A DNA stretch of 64,000 nt. Source: Candidatus Nanoarchaeia archaeon (GTDB taxonomy: Archaea > Nanobdellota > Nanobdellia > Woesearchaeales > ARS49). Positions 1-8,001 of this stretch are shown one piece after another (within the stretch, counting starts at the first letter, position 1; every line of letters begins with the position of its first letter). A model generated the notes under the pieces. The model was not told where the DNA came from. It did not search any database and saw only the letters and a program-made list of their open reading frames with translations. Location of the stretch: positions 11,336 to 75,335 of the forward strand of contig JBGPOY010000002.1 of assembly GCA_041488275.1 (NCBI GenBank), written 5' to 3'. The position numbers and the translations under genes are program-made.

Positions 1-2
1 CA

Positions 3-623
3 GTCCTGATTGTGGGCGCCGGGCTTGTGGGAGTCGAGCTCGCGGCGGAGTTGGCGGTCCACGGCAAAACAAAGGTGACGCTCGTCAGCAGCGGTCCTAC
101 TCTTTTGGAGCGCAACGAACCGAAATCGCAGCGCTATGCAGAAAAATTCCTACGCGCCCACGGCGTCACGCTCCTGTTCCGCGAGCTCGTGCACGCGAAA
201 GGCAAGGGGTTCATCACCGATTCAAAGAAAAAGCTCAAGGCGGATATGGCCTTCTTCTGCACCGGACTGATACCGAACTCGTCCGTGCTTCCGAAATCGG
301 TGGACGACCACAAGCGCGTCAGAGTCAACGAATTCCTGCAGGTTGAGGGCATGAAGAACGTCTTTGCCCCCGGCGACCTCAACAACGTGGTCGTCGAGAA
401 AACGGCGCAGAACGCCGAAATACAGGCGCGTCTCGCGGTGGACAACATCAAACGTCTGGAACACCGCCGCCCGCTCGTCGCGTATCGACCGAGAAAAACG
501 CCGCTCGTCATCAGTCTCGGACCGCGGGACGGCATTTTCGAAACGCGTTCGTTCGTCATCACGGGATTTATTCCTGCGTTGCTCAAGCGCGTGATTGAGT
601 TTCGGGAAATGAGAAAGTTCTAG
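3..623 (+). CDS. FAD/NAD(P)-dependent pyridine nucleotide-disulfide oxidoreductase (NDH-2-like), C-terminal part; 5' end outside window
   Basis: Frame is open from the window edge. Second Rossmann motif GAGLVGVELAAEL and FAPGD motif are typical of type II NADH dehydrogenase-like flavoproteins. Confidence 0.75.
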   Translation, partial: VLIVGAGLVGVELAAELAVHGKTKVTLVSSGPTLLERNEPKSQRYAEKFLRAHGVTLLFRELVHAKGKGFITDSKKKLKADMAFFCTGLIPNSSVLPKSVDDHKRVRVNEFLQVEGMKNVFAPGDLNNVVVEKTAQNAEIQARLAVDNIKRLEHRRPLVAYRPRKTPLVISLGPRDGIFETRSFVITGFIPALLKRVIEFREMRKF

Positions 624-662
624 TTCAGCAACAAAAGAATCTGCACTCTAGAAATGGATAAC

Positions 663-735
663 GCACCCGTCGACTATTCCGAGACCGCTCGGAAAGCCGC
701 CGGTTGCTAGCAGGTCAGGTTCGAGAACAGCGTGC
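663..735 (-). pseudogene. tRNA-Glu-derived remnant / tRNA-like branched hairpin
   Basis: 73 nt. 5' GCACGCTG vs GCACCTG, and GCGGCTTTCCGAGC vs GCGGCCTTTCGAGCC, of the adjacent tRNA-Glu. The 3' GACGGGTGCG repeats the tRNA 3' end. Contains hairpin TCCGAG-CGGT-CTCGGA. No T-loop or cloverleaf. Confidence 0.35.
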
Positions 736-753
736 ACACTACAACTCACAGAA

Positions 754-828
754 CGCACCCGGCGGGATTTGAACCCGCGTAAGCGGCTCGAAAGGCCGCT
801 ATCCTTGACCGGACTAGACGACAGGTGC
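754..828 (-). tRNA. tRNA-Glu (anticodon UUC)
   Basis: Manual cloverleaf: acceptor GCACCTG/CGGGTGC, anticodon stem GCGGC/GCCGC with loop CTTTCGA, T arm GCGGG-TTCAAAT-CCCGC, discriminator G. No encoded CCA. Confidence 0.9.
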
Positions 829-853
829 AATGATCGTTTGCTTGTGCGCATGG

Positions 854-906
854 TGCGCTCGTCGGTTCTCAGAGACGCCGGTCTCGGGAACCGCCTTCGC
901 TCACGA
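854..906 (-). repeat. tRNA-Gly trailer (TCGTGAGCGAAG) + hairpin + direct repeat of tRNA-Gly 3' end
   Basis: CCGACGAGCGCA at 854-865 matches the tRNA 3' end CCGCCGAGCGCA (907-918) at 11/12. Hairpin CGGTTC..GAGAC-CGGC-GTCTC..GAACCG lies between them. Confidence 0.5.
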
Positions 907-977
907 TGCGCTCGGCGGGAATTGAACCCGCGTCTCAGCCTTGGCAAGGCCGTATTCTACCACTAAACCACGAGCGC
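907..977 (-). tRNA. tRNA-Gly (anticodon GCC)
   Basis: Manual cloverleaf: acceptor GCGCTCG/CGAGCGC, D loop AGTGGTA, anticodon loop TTGCCAA, T arm GCGGG-TTCAATT-CCCGC, discriminator A. Confidence 0.9.
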
Positions 978-1046
978 GAACTTCTGAGTTGTCGAGGAGG
1001 CGTATTTAAAGATATCTGAGAAGGAAAGAAAAAAAGAAAGAAGAGA

Positions 1047-3476
1047 TTACGTCCAGGACGGGTTGTTGGTGTCGAACGGGCAGAAGCAGTCGTTCGACGT
1101 CAGCGTCTGTCGGACGCGTCCGGAGAGCGGTCCGTTGTAAATCCACACGGAGCAGCTCGTTGCCGTCTGCCGCAGGACGCCGTCGTTGCCTCCGATGCAG
1201 CCGACCAAGTTGTCCGCGATGCTGGGCTGTCCCCACGCGGCGCGGGCTTCCTGCGCCATCGTCAGCGTGTACGTCGCGCTCTGGCCGGGAGTTCCCTTCG
1301 GAGCGCAGTCAAAGTAGTTCTGTCCCACTCCGTTGCTGTGCACGACGGAGCACGTTCCTCCCGGGCAGTTCGCCGGGACTCCGGGCGGGCACGGCGAGAC
1401 GCAGGCGCCGTTCGTGCAGCTGAATCCGTTCGGACACACGAGGTTGCACTGTCCGCAGTTGAAGTTCGTGTTCAGCTGCGTTTCACAGCCGTCGCCGAGC
1501 TGGTGGTCGCAGTCGCTGAATCCCGGGTTGCACACGCCGACCGTGCACGCGCCGTTGGAGCACGTGCTCACGCCGTTGAATACAGGGGGGCACGCGTTGT
1601 TGCAGCCGCCGCAATTGTTGAGGTCGGTGAAGAGGTTAATCTTGCACGGCTGTGACTGTCCGCACGTCGCGGAGCCGTACGGGCACGCGATGGGCGTGTG
1701 CTGGCAGCCGGTCTGCCGGTCGCAGCTGTCGGCGGTGTTCGGGTCGTTGTCATTGCACGAAACCGCGGTGTTGAAGCAGCCGTAGGCGGCGTCGCATCCG
1801 TCGCTGGTGCACGCGTTTCCGTCGTCGCACGAGGCTGCGGTGGTGCTGGCGCAGACGCCTGACTGGCACCTGTCGAACGCAGTGCAGGGGCTGCCGTCAT
1901 CGCAGGCAGTGCCGTCGGAGGCAGCGGGGTTGGAGCACTGACCGGTTTGCGGGTCGCACGCGCCTGCCGCATGGCACGCGTCCGTGGACTGGCACACTAC
2001 AGGGGTTCTGCCGGTGCAAACTCCGTTCATCATGACGTCCGATTGCGTGCACGCGTTTCCGTCATTGCACGGCGTTCCGTCCTGAGGAATTATTTCGCAC
2101 GCGTCGCCGACGCCGTTGCCATCAGCGTCTCGCTGGTCGCTGTTCGCAACCGTCGGGCAGTTGTCCTGATTGTCCACGATTCCGTCGCCGTCCGCGTCAG
2201 CGTTGGCGCTGTGATGGCACAGTCCGCTCTGCTGGTCGCAGAGGTCGCTGGTTGACACGTCGCCGTCGTCGCAGTTGACTTGGTTGCTGCCCACGCAGAC
2301 GCCGTTCTGAATGGTGTCTGTTTGAGTGCATGCGCTTCCGTCATTGCAGGCAGAGCCTTCCGCGGGAGCTGCCGGGAAGTGGCTTTCAAGCGCAGCAACG
2401 CGGGCTTCAAGCGAGGCAATGCGCGCGTCCTGGTCCGATTGTCCTGCGCGGTAATCCGCGAGGGATACGAACGTGTCGGTGAGCTGGTCGAATTGGTGTT
2501 GAAGCGCAACGGTGAGCGTTTCGAGCGCGTCAAGCCGTGAGCCGTGGTCGGTCAGGATGGTTTGGAATCCGTCAATGACCAATTGGAATGCGTTGAGCTT
2601 GGCGTCAGACGCGTTTGCCTGCCCGCTGATGTCGACGACATAACCTTGGACTTTGGCGTACTCGTCGTGGTCGCTCTGCGCGTGGCTGCTTTGCGCGGCG
2701 GACGCGTTCGCGAGACCGCTCTGGATGTATTGGTCAAGGTCGCCGAGGCGCGCGTGGTCAATCTGGTGCGCCGAGATGTAGCCGTCAATTTGCGTTTGCA
2801 GCGTGGCGTCGCCGGACAGGCGGGCGGCGGCTTCGTTGTTGAGCATGCCGGTCAGGTCGCTGCGGACGAGGTTAATCATGTCCGTGAGTGCCTGCTTGGC
2901 GGCGTCAATCGAGCCCGCGCGCAACGCGGCTTCCGCCGCCGCTTTGAGGTCAGTGTACGCGTTTGCCGTCGTGAGAGTCGCGGCGTCGCCCGCGTCTGAG
3001 TATTGCCGGGCTGCCGTCAGTGTGCTGGAGTCTCCCGCAGCGCGGGCAGCAGTCTCGGCGTTGAGATTGTTTTGCAAGGTTGCGTCTGCGCTCTGCCGCG
3101 CGGCGCTTTCACTTGCAACGCTGGAATCGGTGTAGGATTTTGCTGAAGAAAGTCCGCTGGTGTCTCCCGCAACTCGCGCGGACGCTTCGTTATTGACATT
3201 CGTCTGGAGTGTGGCGTCGGCTGCCTGTCGGGCGGCGGTTTCCGCGGTCACGCTGTTTTTCGCGGCGGTGAGGTTGCCCTGCAGTCCGATGAGCGGCGGG
3301 TTGCAGTTCGCGATGCACGTCTGCCAGTTTGCCCACGCCGGAATTGCGGAGGGTTCGGCGCCGCACGCGGTGATGCAGTTTTGCCTGCCTTCGAGCGGAG
3401 CGGTGACGAACGTCGCTGCCGAAGCAACGGACGCGAGCAACAGGAATACGACGGCAAGAACGCTGAACTGTTTCAT
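1047..3476 (-). CDS. Large secreted fibrous, Cys-rich surface protein (signal peptide, Ala/Gln-rich fibre repeats, thrombospondin type-3-like Ca-binding repeats, CxDGNxCTxDxC repeats)
   Basis: Start taken at MKQFSVLAVVFLLLASVASAATF (signal-like). Repeats of the form ETAARQAADATLQTN; DADGDGIVDNQDNCPTVANSDQRDADGNGVGDAC; many C-DGN-C-T-D-C units. Confidence 0.8.
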   Translation of the reverse strand: MKQFSVLAVVFLLLASVASAATFVTAPLEGRQNCITACGAEPSAIPAWANWQTCIANCNPPLIGLQGNLTAAKNSVTAETAARQAADATLQTNVNNEASARVAGDTSGLSSAKSYTDSSVASESAARQSADATLQNNLNAETAARAAGDSSTLTAARQYSDAGDAATLTTANAYTDLKAAAEAALRAGSIDAAKQALTDMINLVRSDLTGMLNNEAAARLSGDATLQTQIDGYISAHQIDHARLGDLDQYIQSGLANASAAQSSHAQSDHDEYAKVQGYVVDISGQANASDAKLNAFQLVIDGFQTILTDHGSRLDALETLTVALQHQFDQLTDTFVSLADYRAGQSDQDARIASLEARVAALESHFPAAPAEGSACNDGSACTQTDTIQNGVCVGSNQVNCDDGDVSTSDLCDQQSGLCHHSANADADGDGIVDNQDNCPTVANSDQRDADGNGVGDACEIIPQDGTPCNDGNACTQSDVMMNGVCTGRTPVVCQSTDACHAAGACDPQTGQCSNPAASDGTACDDGSPCTAFDRCQSGVCASTTAASCDDGNACTSDGCDAAYGCFNTAVSCNDNDPNTADSCDRQTGCQHTPIACPYGSATCGQSQPCKINLFTDLNNCGGCNNACPPVFNGVSTCSNGACTVGVCNPGFSDCDHQLGDGCETQLNTNFNCGQCNLVCPNGFSCTNGACVSPCPPGVPANCPGGTCSVVHSNGVGQNYFDCAPKGTPGQSATYTLTMAQEARAAWGQPSIADNLVGCIGGNDGVLRQTATSCSVWIYNGPLSGRVRQTLTSNDCFCPFDTNNPSWT

Positions 3477-3622
3477 CGGACACCCCGCGAGCCGCACCGC
3501 TGCTCGTCAACACACTCTTTCACGACGCTCGTCGATGCGCCCGTCTATAAAAAGATTCACGATTACAAATGCTGTAACGCTCCCCCGCAACGTTTATATA
3601 ATGTCCTCACGAAAAACAGCGT

Positions 3623-3793
3623 ATGACCCTTACGAAGGATGAGAAGGCGTACGTCAAGGCCGTGATTGAGCGGGAATGGAAGCATCTCGCGACCGAAGAA
3701 TCGGTGCGCGAACGCAACAGCCCGCTGGCGTTCTTCGTCACGCAGGAAAACTACGAGCAGTTCGTCAAGGCGCTGCTCAAGAAACTGCAATGA
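3623..3793 (+). CDS. Small hypothetical protein (56 aa), translationally coupled to prefoldin alpha
   Basis: ATG 3623 lies about 25 nt downstream of TATA-like gtttatataat. Stop overlaps the pfdA start (ATGA). Below the ORF-track size cutoff; translated by hand as MTLTKDEKAYVKAVIEREWKHL... Confidence 0.45.
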   Translation: MTLTKDEKAYVKAVIEREWKHLATEESVRERNSPLAFFVTQENYEQFVKALLKKLQ

Positions 3794-4227
3794 CTGACCA
3801 CGCTCACGCAGAGGACAGCAAGGACGCGCAAGCCAAGGCGCAGCGCAAGTACTTGGAGCTGCAGGTGCTGAACCAGAAAATGCAGCAGGTCCAGCAGCAG
3901 ATGGAAGCCCTCGAACAACAGGCAGAAGACGTCGACAAGGTCACGAAGCATTTGGACGAATTGTCCGCGGTGCATCAGGGAACAGAACTGCTTGTGCCTA
4001 TCGCCAACGGCATTTTTCTGAAAGCGTCGCTCAAGGACGCGAAGAATTTGATTGTCAACATCGGCGCGAACACCGCCGTCCCGAAAAGCGTTCCCGACGT
4101 AAAACTGCTCATCGCGACCCAGCTCGAGGAATTGCGGCAATTGCAGAAGGATTTGGCGGGACAGCTCGAGACGCTCACCTCGCACGCGGGCAAGGCTGAG
4201 ACAGAACTTCGCCAACTCGTGAGTTAA
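3790..4227 (+). CDS. pfdA: Prefoldin alpha subunit
   Basis: Coiled coil, beta-hairpin core (LLVPIANGIFLKASLKDAKNLIVNIGANTAVPKS), coiled coil. 145 aa. Sits directly upstream of ftsY, as in many archaea. Confidence 0.85.
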   Translation: MTDHAHAEDSKDAQAKAQRKYLELQVLNQKMQQVQQQMEALEQQAEDVDKVTKHLDELSAVHQGTELLVPIANGIFLKASLKDAKNLIVNIGANTAVPKSVPDVKLLIATQLEELRQLQKDLAGQLETLTSHAGKAETELRQLVS

Positions 4228-4228
4228 G

Positions 4229-5986
4229 ATGTTCAAGTTTCTCAAAGACAAGCTGAAAGGCGCGCTTTCGGCGTTTTCCAAGAAAGTCGAGGAGACGGCG
4301 AAGGAAGAAACGCAGGAAGTTGAAGAAACGTCTGCCGAAGCGCCTGCTTCCGCAACGTCTGAAGCTGCTGAAGAAGTTACTGCGGAGCAACCTGCCGTAC
4401 CATCGGAAAAACCAAGCAAGCTCACAGAACCCGAGGCGCAGGGCGCCGAAGTCGCCGAAGAACTCATTGAGGAACTCGAAAAAGCGAATCCCGAACCCGA
4501 AGAGCCTGCAGACGTTCCCAAAATCACTCTTCCGAAAGAAAAGAAGGGATTTTTCTCGACTATCAAGAAGATGCTGGGAGGCAAGGAAGAATTGCCTCGC
4601 GAAGAAATCACCGCAACTCCCGCCGAGAAGCCGATGTTCGACGAAATCGTGATAGAATCGGCGGACATGCAGGTGGAAGGCTCGCCGCTGCGCAAAGTCG
4701 ACATCCACCAGCACATCGAGGAAGAACGACCTGCTGTTGAGCAGCTGTTCGAACCCATCGAGCCGAAACAGGTGAAGCCCGAGAAGAAACAAGTTGCATC
4801 GGCTGAGGAAATGCATCCCGACAAAGTTAAAGCGAGAATTGTTGGAGAAGGCAAAGACCCAAACACACTAAGAGTTAAAGAATACACTCGCGCACTAAAT
4901 AAGAAGGACACAGAAATGCAGCCGTTGGTAGATTTTGCAGGCCCCAAAGCTGCTAACTTAATCGGAAAGATAAAAGAAGAAGAGATTAAAAAAATTCAAG
5001 AACCTCTCAAAACAAAACAATACCCTCCTATTTCAATCCCTTCTGCAGATACTAAGGCAACTAAACTTAGTGACAAACCAGTAAAGTCCAGCAAACTTGC
5101 CGCTCCCGAGAAAAAAGGATTTTTCTCCCGCCTGAGAGAAGCCGTAACGACGAAGAAAATCACGGCGCAGCAGTTCGAGGAATTGTTCTGGGAGTTTGAA
5201 GTTGCATTATTGGAAAACAACGTCGCGTTGGAAGTCATCGAGAAAATCAAGCAGGACTTGAAGCTCGCGCTCGTCGACCAGCCGATACCGCGCGGCAATG
5301 TCGAAACGACGATTCTCGGCGCGCTGAAGCGCTCGCTCGAGGACTTGTTCACCGCGCCCGAAATCGATTTGCTCCAAGCAGCGAAAACGAAAAAGCCGCT
5401 CATCATTTGTTTTGTCGGCATCAACGGCTCGGGAAAGACGACCACGATTGCGAAAGTCGCTCATTTGTTCAAAACGCACGGTCTTGACGTCGTTCTTGCG
5501 GCTGCGGACACGTTCCGAGCGGCGGCGATTGACCAATTGCAGGAGCACGCGAACCGCTTGCAGGTCAAGCTCATCAAGCACGATTACGGTTCTGACCCGG
5601 CTGCGGTCGCGTTCGACGCCATCAAGCACGCGCAGGCGACCAACAAGGACGTCGTGTTAATCGACACCGCCGGACGGTTGCACTCAAACATCAATCTCGT
5701 CGATGAAATGAAAAAGATTGTCCGCGTCGCCAAGCCCGACCTCACGCTGTTCATCGGAGAGTCCATCACGGGCAACGACTGCGTCGAGCAGGCGAAGCAG
5801 TTCAACGAAGCCGTCGGCATTGACGGCATCGTGCTCTCGAAAGCCGACATCGACGAAAAAGGCGGCGCCGCCATTTCGGTTTCGTACGTCACGAAGAAGC
5901 CGATACTATATCTGGGCGTAGGACAGGAGTACGACGACCTGAAAAAGTTCGATCCTCGGGCGCTGCTCGAAAGCTTGGGCTTGTAG
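4229..5986 (+). CDS. ftsY: Signal recognition particle receptor FtsY with long charged N-terminal extension
   Basis: C-terminal NG domain motifs GINGSGKTTTIAK, DTAGR, SKADID. N-terminal ~290 aa is acidic and Lys-rich. Confidence 0.95.
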   Translation: MFKFLKDKLKGALSAFSKKVEETAKEETQEVEETSAEAPASATSEAAEEVTAEQPAVPSEKPSKLTEPEAQGAEVAEELIEELEKANPEPEEPADVPKITLPKEKKGFFSTIKKMLGGKEELPREEITATPAEKPMFDEIVIESADMQVEGSPLRKVDIHQHIEEERPAVEQLFEPIEPKQVKPEKKQVASAEEMHPDKVKARIVGEGKDPNTLRVKEYTRALNKKDTEMQPLVDFAGPKAANLIGKIKEEEIKKIQEPLKTKQYPPISIPSADTKATKLSDKPVKSSKLAAPEKKGFFSRLREAVTTKKITAQQFEELFWEFEVALLENNVALEVIEKIKQDLKLALVDQPIPRGNVETTILGALKRSLEDLFTAPEIDLLQAAKTKKPLIICFVGINGSGKTTTIAKVAHLFKTHGLDVVLAAADTFRAAAIDQLQEHANRLQVKLIKHDYGSDPAAVAFDAIKHAQATNKDVVLIDTAGRLHSNINLVDEMKKIVRVAKPDLTLFIGESITGNDCVEQAKQFNEAVGIDGIVLSKADIDEKGGAAISVSYVTKKPILYLGVGQEYDDLKKFDPRALLESLGL

Positions 5987-6055
5987 TTTTCTCGTCGGAA
6001 ATCCTCCGGCGGTTCTTTGATAAAACATATAAAGCAGCGGCGCATACGGACGGGT

Positions 6056-6292
6056 ATGAACAAACGAGGTTTTGCTCCCGCGCCGCAAACGGCACGCGCG
6101 TCGCTGCTTTCCCGAAACGTCCACGTCATCGCCGCGGTTGAGCTTATCACCATCGTTTATCTTTGGAGCCTGATTGTTCCGCTCGTTCTTGGGGCGATTG
6201 CGCTGCAAACGAGCGCGCTCATTTCGTTCACGCTCGGCTTCACGACGTATTTGATTATCGGCGGCAAACTCCTGCAGCAGATTCCCCTGTAA
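6056..6292 (+). CDS. Small hypothetical membrane protein
   Basis: ATG about 25 nt downstream of TATA-like acatataaag. Two hydrophobic helices (VIAAVELITIVYLWSLIVPLVLGAIAL..). Confidence 0.4.
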   Translation: MNKRGFAPAPQTARASLLSRNVHVIAAVELITIVYLWSLIVPLVLGAIALQTSALISFTLGFTTYLIIGGKLLQQIPL

Positions 6293-6345
6293 CACCCGCA
6301 TTTTTATAGTGCGATTTCTTTCCTTCTCAAAAATAAACCCGTGAG

Positions 6346-6744
6346 GTGGTTGCGTTGTTCAACAAACTGATAGCCAAACACAGCGATTCCCTGTATTTCG
6401 CGTTCCGCGTGATTATTGGAGTCCTGTTCTTTATGATTGGAACTACGAAGCTGTTGGGATGGTTCGGCGGCACGCCGATACCGATTCCGATGGGCAGCCT
6501 GTTCTGGTTCGCGGGACTGATTGAAGTCATCGCCGGAATCCTGATCACGGTCGGATTCCTGACGCGCTACGCCGCGGCGTTCTGCGCCGTCGAGATGCTG
6601 ATTGCGTACTACATCGGACATCTGAGTCCGGCGTGGAACTGGAACCCCATCACGAACATGGGCTTTCCCGCGCTCCTCTACTTTGCCATCTTCCTCGCGA
6701 TTGTCGCGAAAGGACCCGGCAAATGGGCGATTGACAAGAAGTAG
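6346..6744 (+). CDS. DoxX family membrane protein
   Basis: GTG start. 4-TM pattern with FRVIIGVLFFMIGTTKL..FAGLIEVIAGILITVGFLTR, typical of DoxX. Confidence 0.75.
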   Translation: MVALFNKLIAKHSDSLYFAFRVIIGVLFFMIGTTKLLGWFGGTPIPIPMGSLFWFAGLIEVIAGILITVGFLTRYAAAFCAVEMLIAYYIGHLSPAWNWNPITNMGFPALLYFAIFLAIVAKGPGKWAIDKK

Positions 6745-6748
6745 GTGA

Positions 6749-6769
6749 TTTCTTCTTTTTTTTATTTTT
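6749..6769. terminator. T-rich tract between convergent DoxX and MFS genes
   Basis: tcttctttttttttattttta lies between the two stop codons. Archaeal termination commonly uses oligo-T. Confidence 0.4.
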
Positions 6770-7937
6770 AATTCTTTTGCGGATGCACTGCGAAAAACAG
6801 CACGAGTGCAAGCGCTGAAAGTCCCGCTGCAGCTTCAAACGCGAGCGCAGGCGAGAGAAGCCACAGCGCGCCCGCAATCAACGACGCGAGCACGTAGAGC
6901 AATCCCGCAATGAAGTTGTACGCGCCGATGGCGGTCCCGCGGCGTTTCTGTTCGAGGTCGGAAATGAACGCTTTCGTTTGCCCTTCGTCGATGGCGTAGA
7001 AGACGCCGTAGACGAGGAAGAGCGCGATGACGTGCCAGTGCTGTGTCGCGAACACGAACCCGACGCACATCAGCAAGTAGACGAGATAGCTGAACGGAAT
7101 GATGTACTTCCTGCCGATGAGGTCGCCGAGCTTGCCGGCGAGCGGCGACGTGATGACGAACGATGCGTTGAACAGCGCGTACAATAATACAACGTCAGCG
7201 ACGGAAAACCCGAGCTGATACGCGCGCAGCAAAAGAAACGCGAAGCTGAAGTACGCGAGCGCGAACGCGCCCGCGGGAATGAGGTAGCGCTTGAACGCCG
7301 GACTGAGCGTCTGGAACGCGGTGAAGATGTTCTCGCGCTTTCGTGGAATGGTTTTCTTTTCACGCACAAACGCCAAAACGATGAGCGACAAGACCGCCGG
7401 AACGAGCGCGACGATAAACAGCGTGTGAAACGTCGAGGCGTTCGTGCCGAACGACTGCAGCAAGGCATACCCGATGAGCGGACCGAGCACGGCGCCGGCT
7501 TTGTCCAGCGCTTTGTGAACTCCGAATGCCAAGCCGCGATTTTTTTCAGGGGCGACCGCGGCGAGCCACGCGTCGCGAGGCGGTCCGCGGAAACTCTTGC
7601 CCAGGCGTTCGACGACGCGGAACACGGACGCGCTTCCGACGGACGTCGCGAACATCAGCAGGACTTTGGACGCGGTCGAGAAACTGTAGCCGAGCAGCGC
7701 GAGCGGTTTGCGCTTTCCTGTTTTGTCCGACAGCCAGCCCGCAAGGTAGTCCAGCGATGAGGCTGAGAAATCAGCGAGCCCCTCAATGATGCCCAAGGCG
7801 GCGGTCGTGCCTCCGATGATGAGCGTGAAGAACAGCGCGAACACGGCGAAAATCATTTCCGAGCTGACGTCCGTGAGGAAGCTCACGATGCCGAGCAGCC
7901 AGACGTCGCGCGGGACGCCCATCAACGGCTTTTTCAC
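6768..7937 (-). CDS. MFS transporter
   Basis: About 12 TM segments. MFS-like loop motif DKTGKRKP after TM2. GTG start. Confidence 0.85.
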   Translation of the reverse strand: MKKPLMGVPRDVWLLGIVSFLTDVSSEMIFAVFALFFTLIIGGTTAALGIIEGLADFSASSLDYLAGWLSDKTGKRKPLALLGYSFSTASKVLLMFATSVGSASVFRVVERLGKSFRGPPRDAWLAAVAPEKNRGLAFGVHKALDKAGAVLGPLIGYALLQSFGTNASTFHTLFIVALVPAVLSLIVLAFVREKKTIPRKRENIFTAFQTLSPAFKRYLIPAGAFALAYFSFAFLLLRAYQLGFSVADVVLLYALFNASFVITSPLAGKLGDLIGRKYIIPFSYLVYLLMCVGFVFATQHWHVIALFLVYGVFYAIDEGQTKAFISDLEQKRRGTAIGAYNFIAGLLYVLASLIAGALWLLSPALAFEAAAGLSALALVLFFAVHPQKN

Positions 7938-8001
7938 GAACGCTGTTGAGGAGGAGCGGTTAATAAGCGTTGCGACGCCGCAATCTCGGCGAAGAAGAAG
8001 T

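Noticed and set aside
648-966. ORFs 648..947(-) and 769..966(+) in the first intergenic region
   Set aside because: They overlap two canonical tRNA genes and their trailers. The translations are Arg-rich nonsense.
3751-4947. 398-aa ORF antisense to pfdA and ftsY
   Set aside because: It lies opposite two genes with unambiguous homology. Its translation is low-complexity (Ser/Phe/Leu/Cys-rich) with no motifs. Long antisense ORFs are expected in GC-rich DNA.
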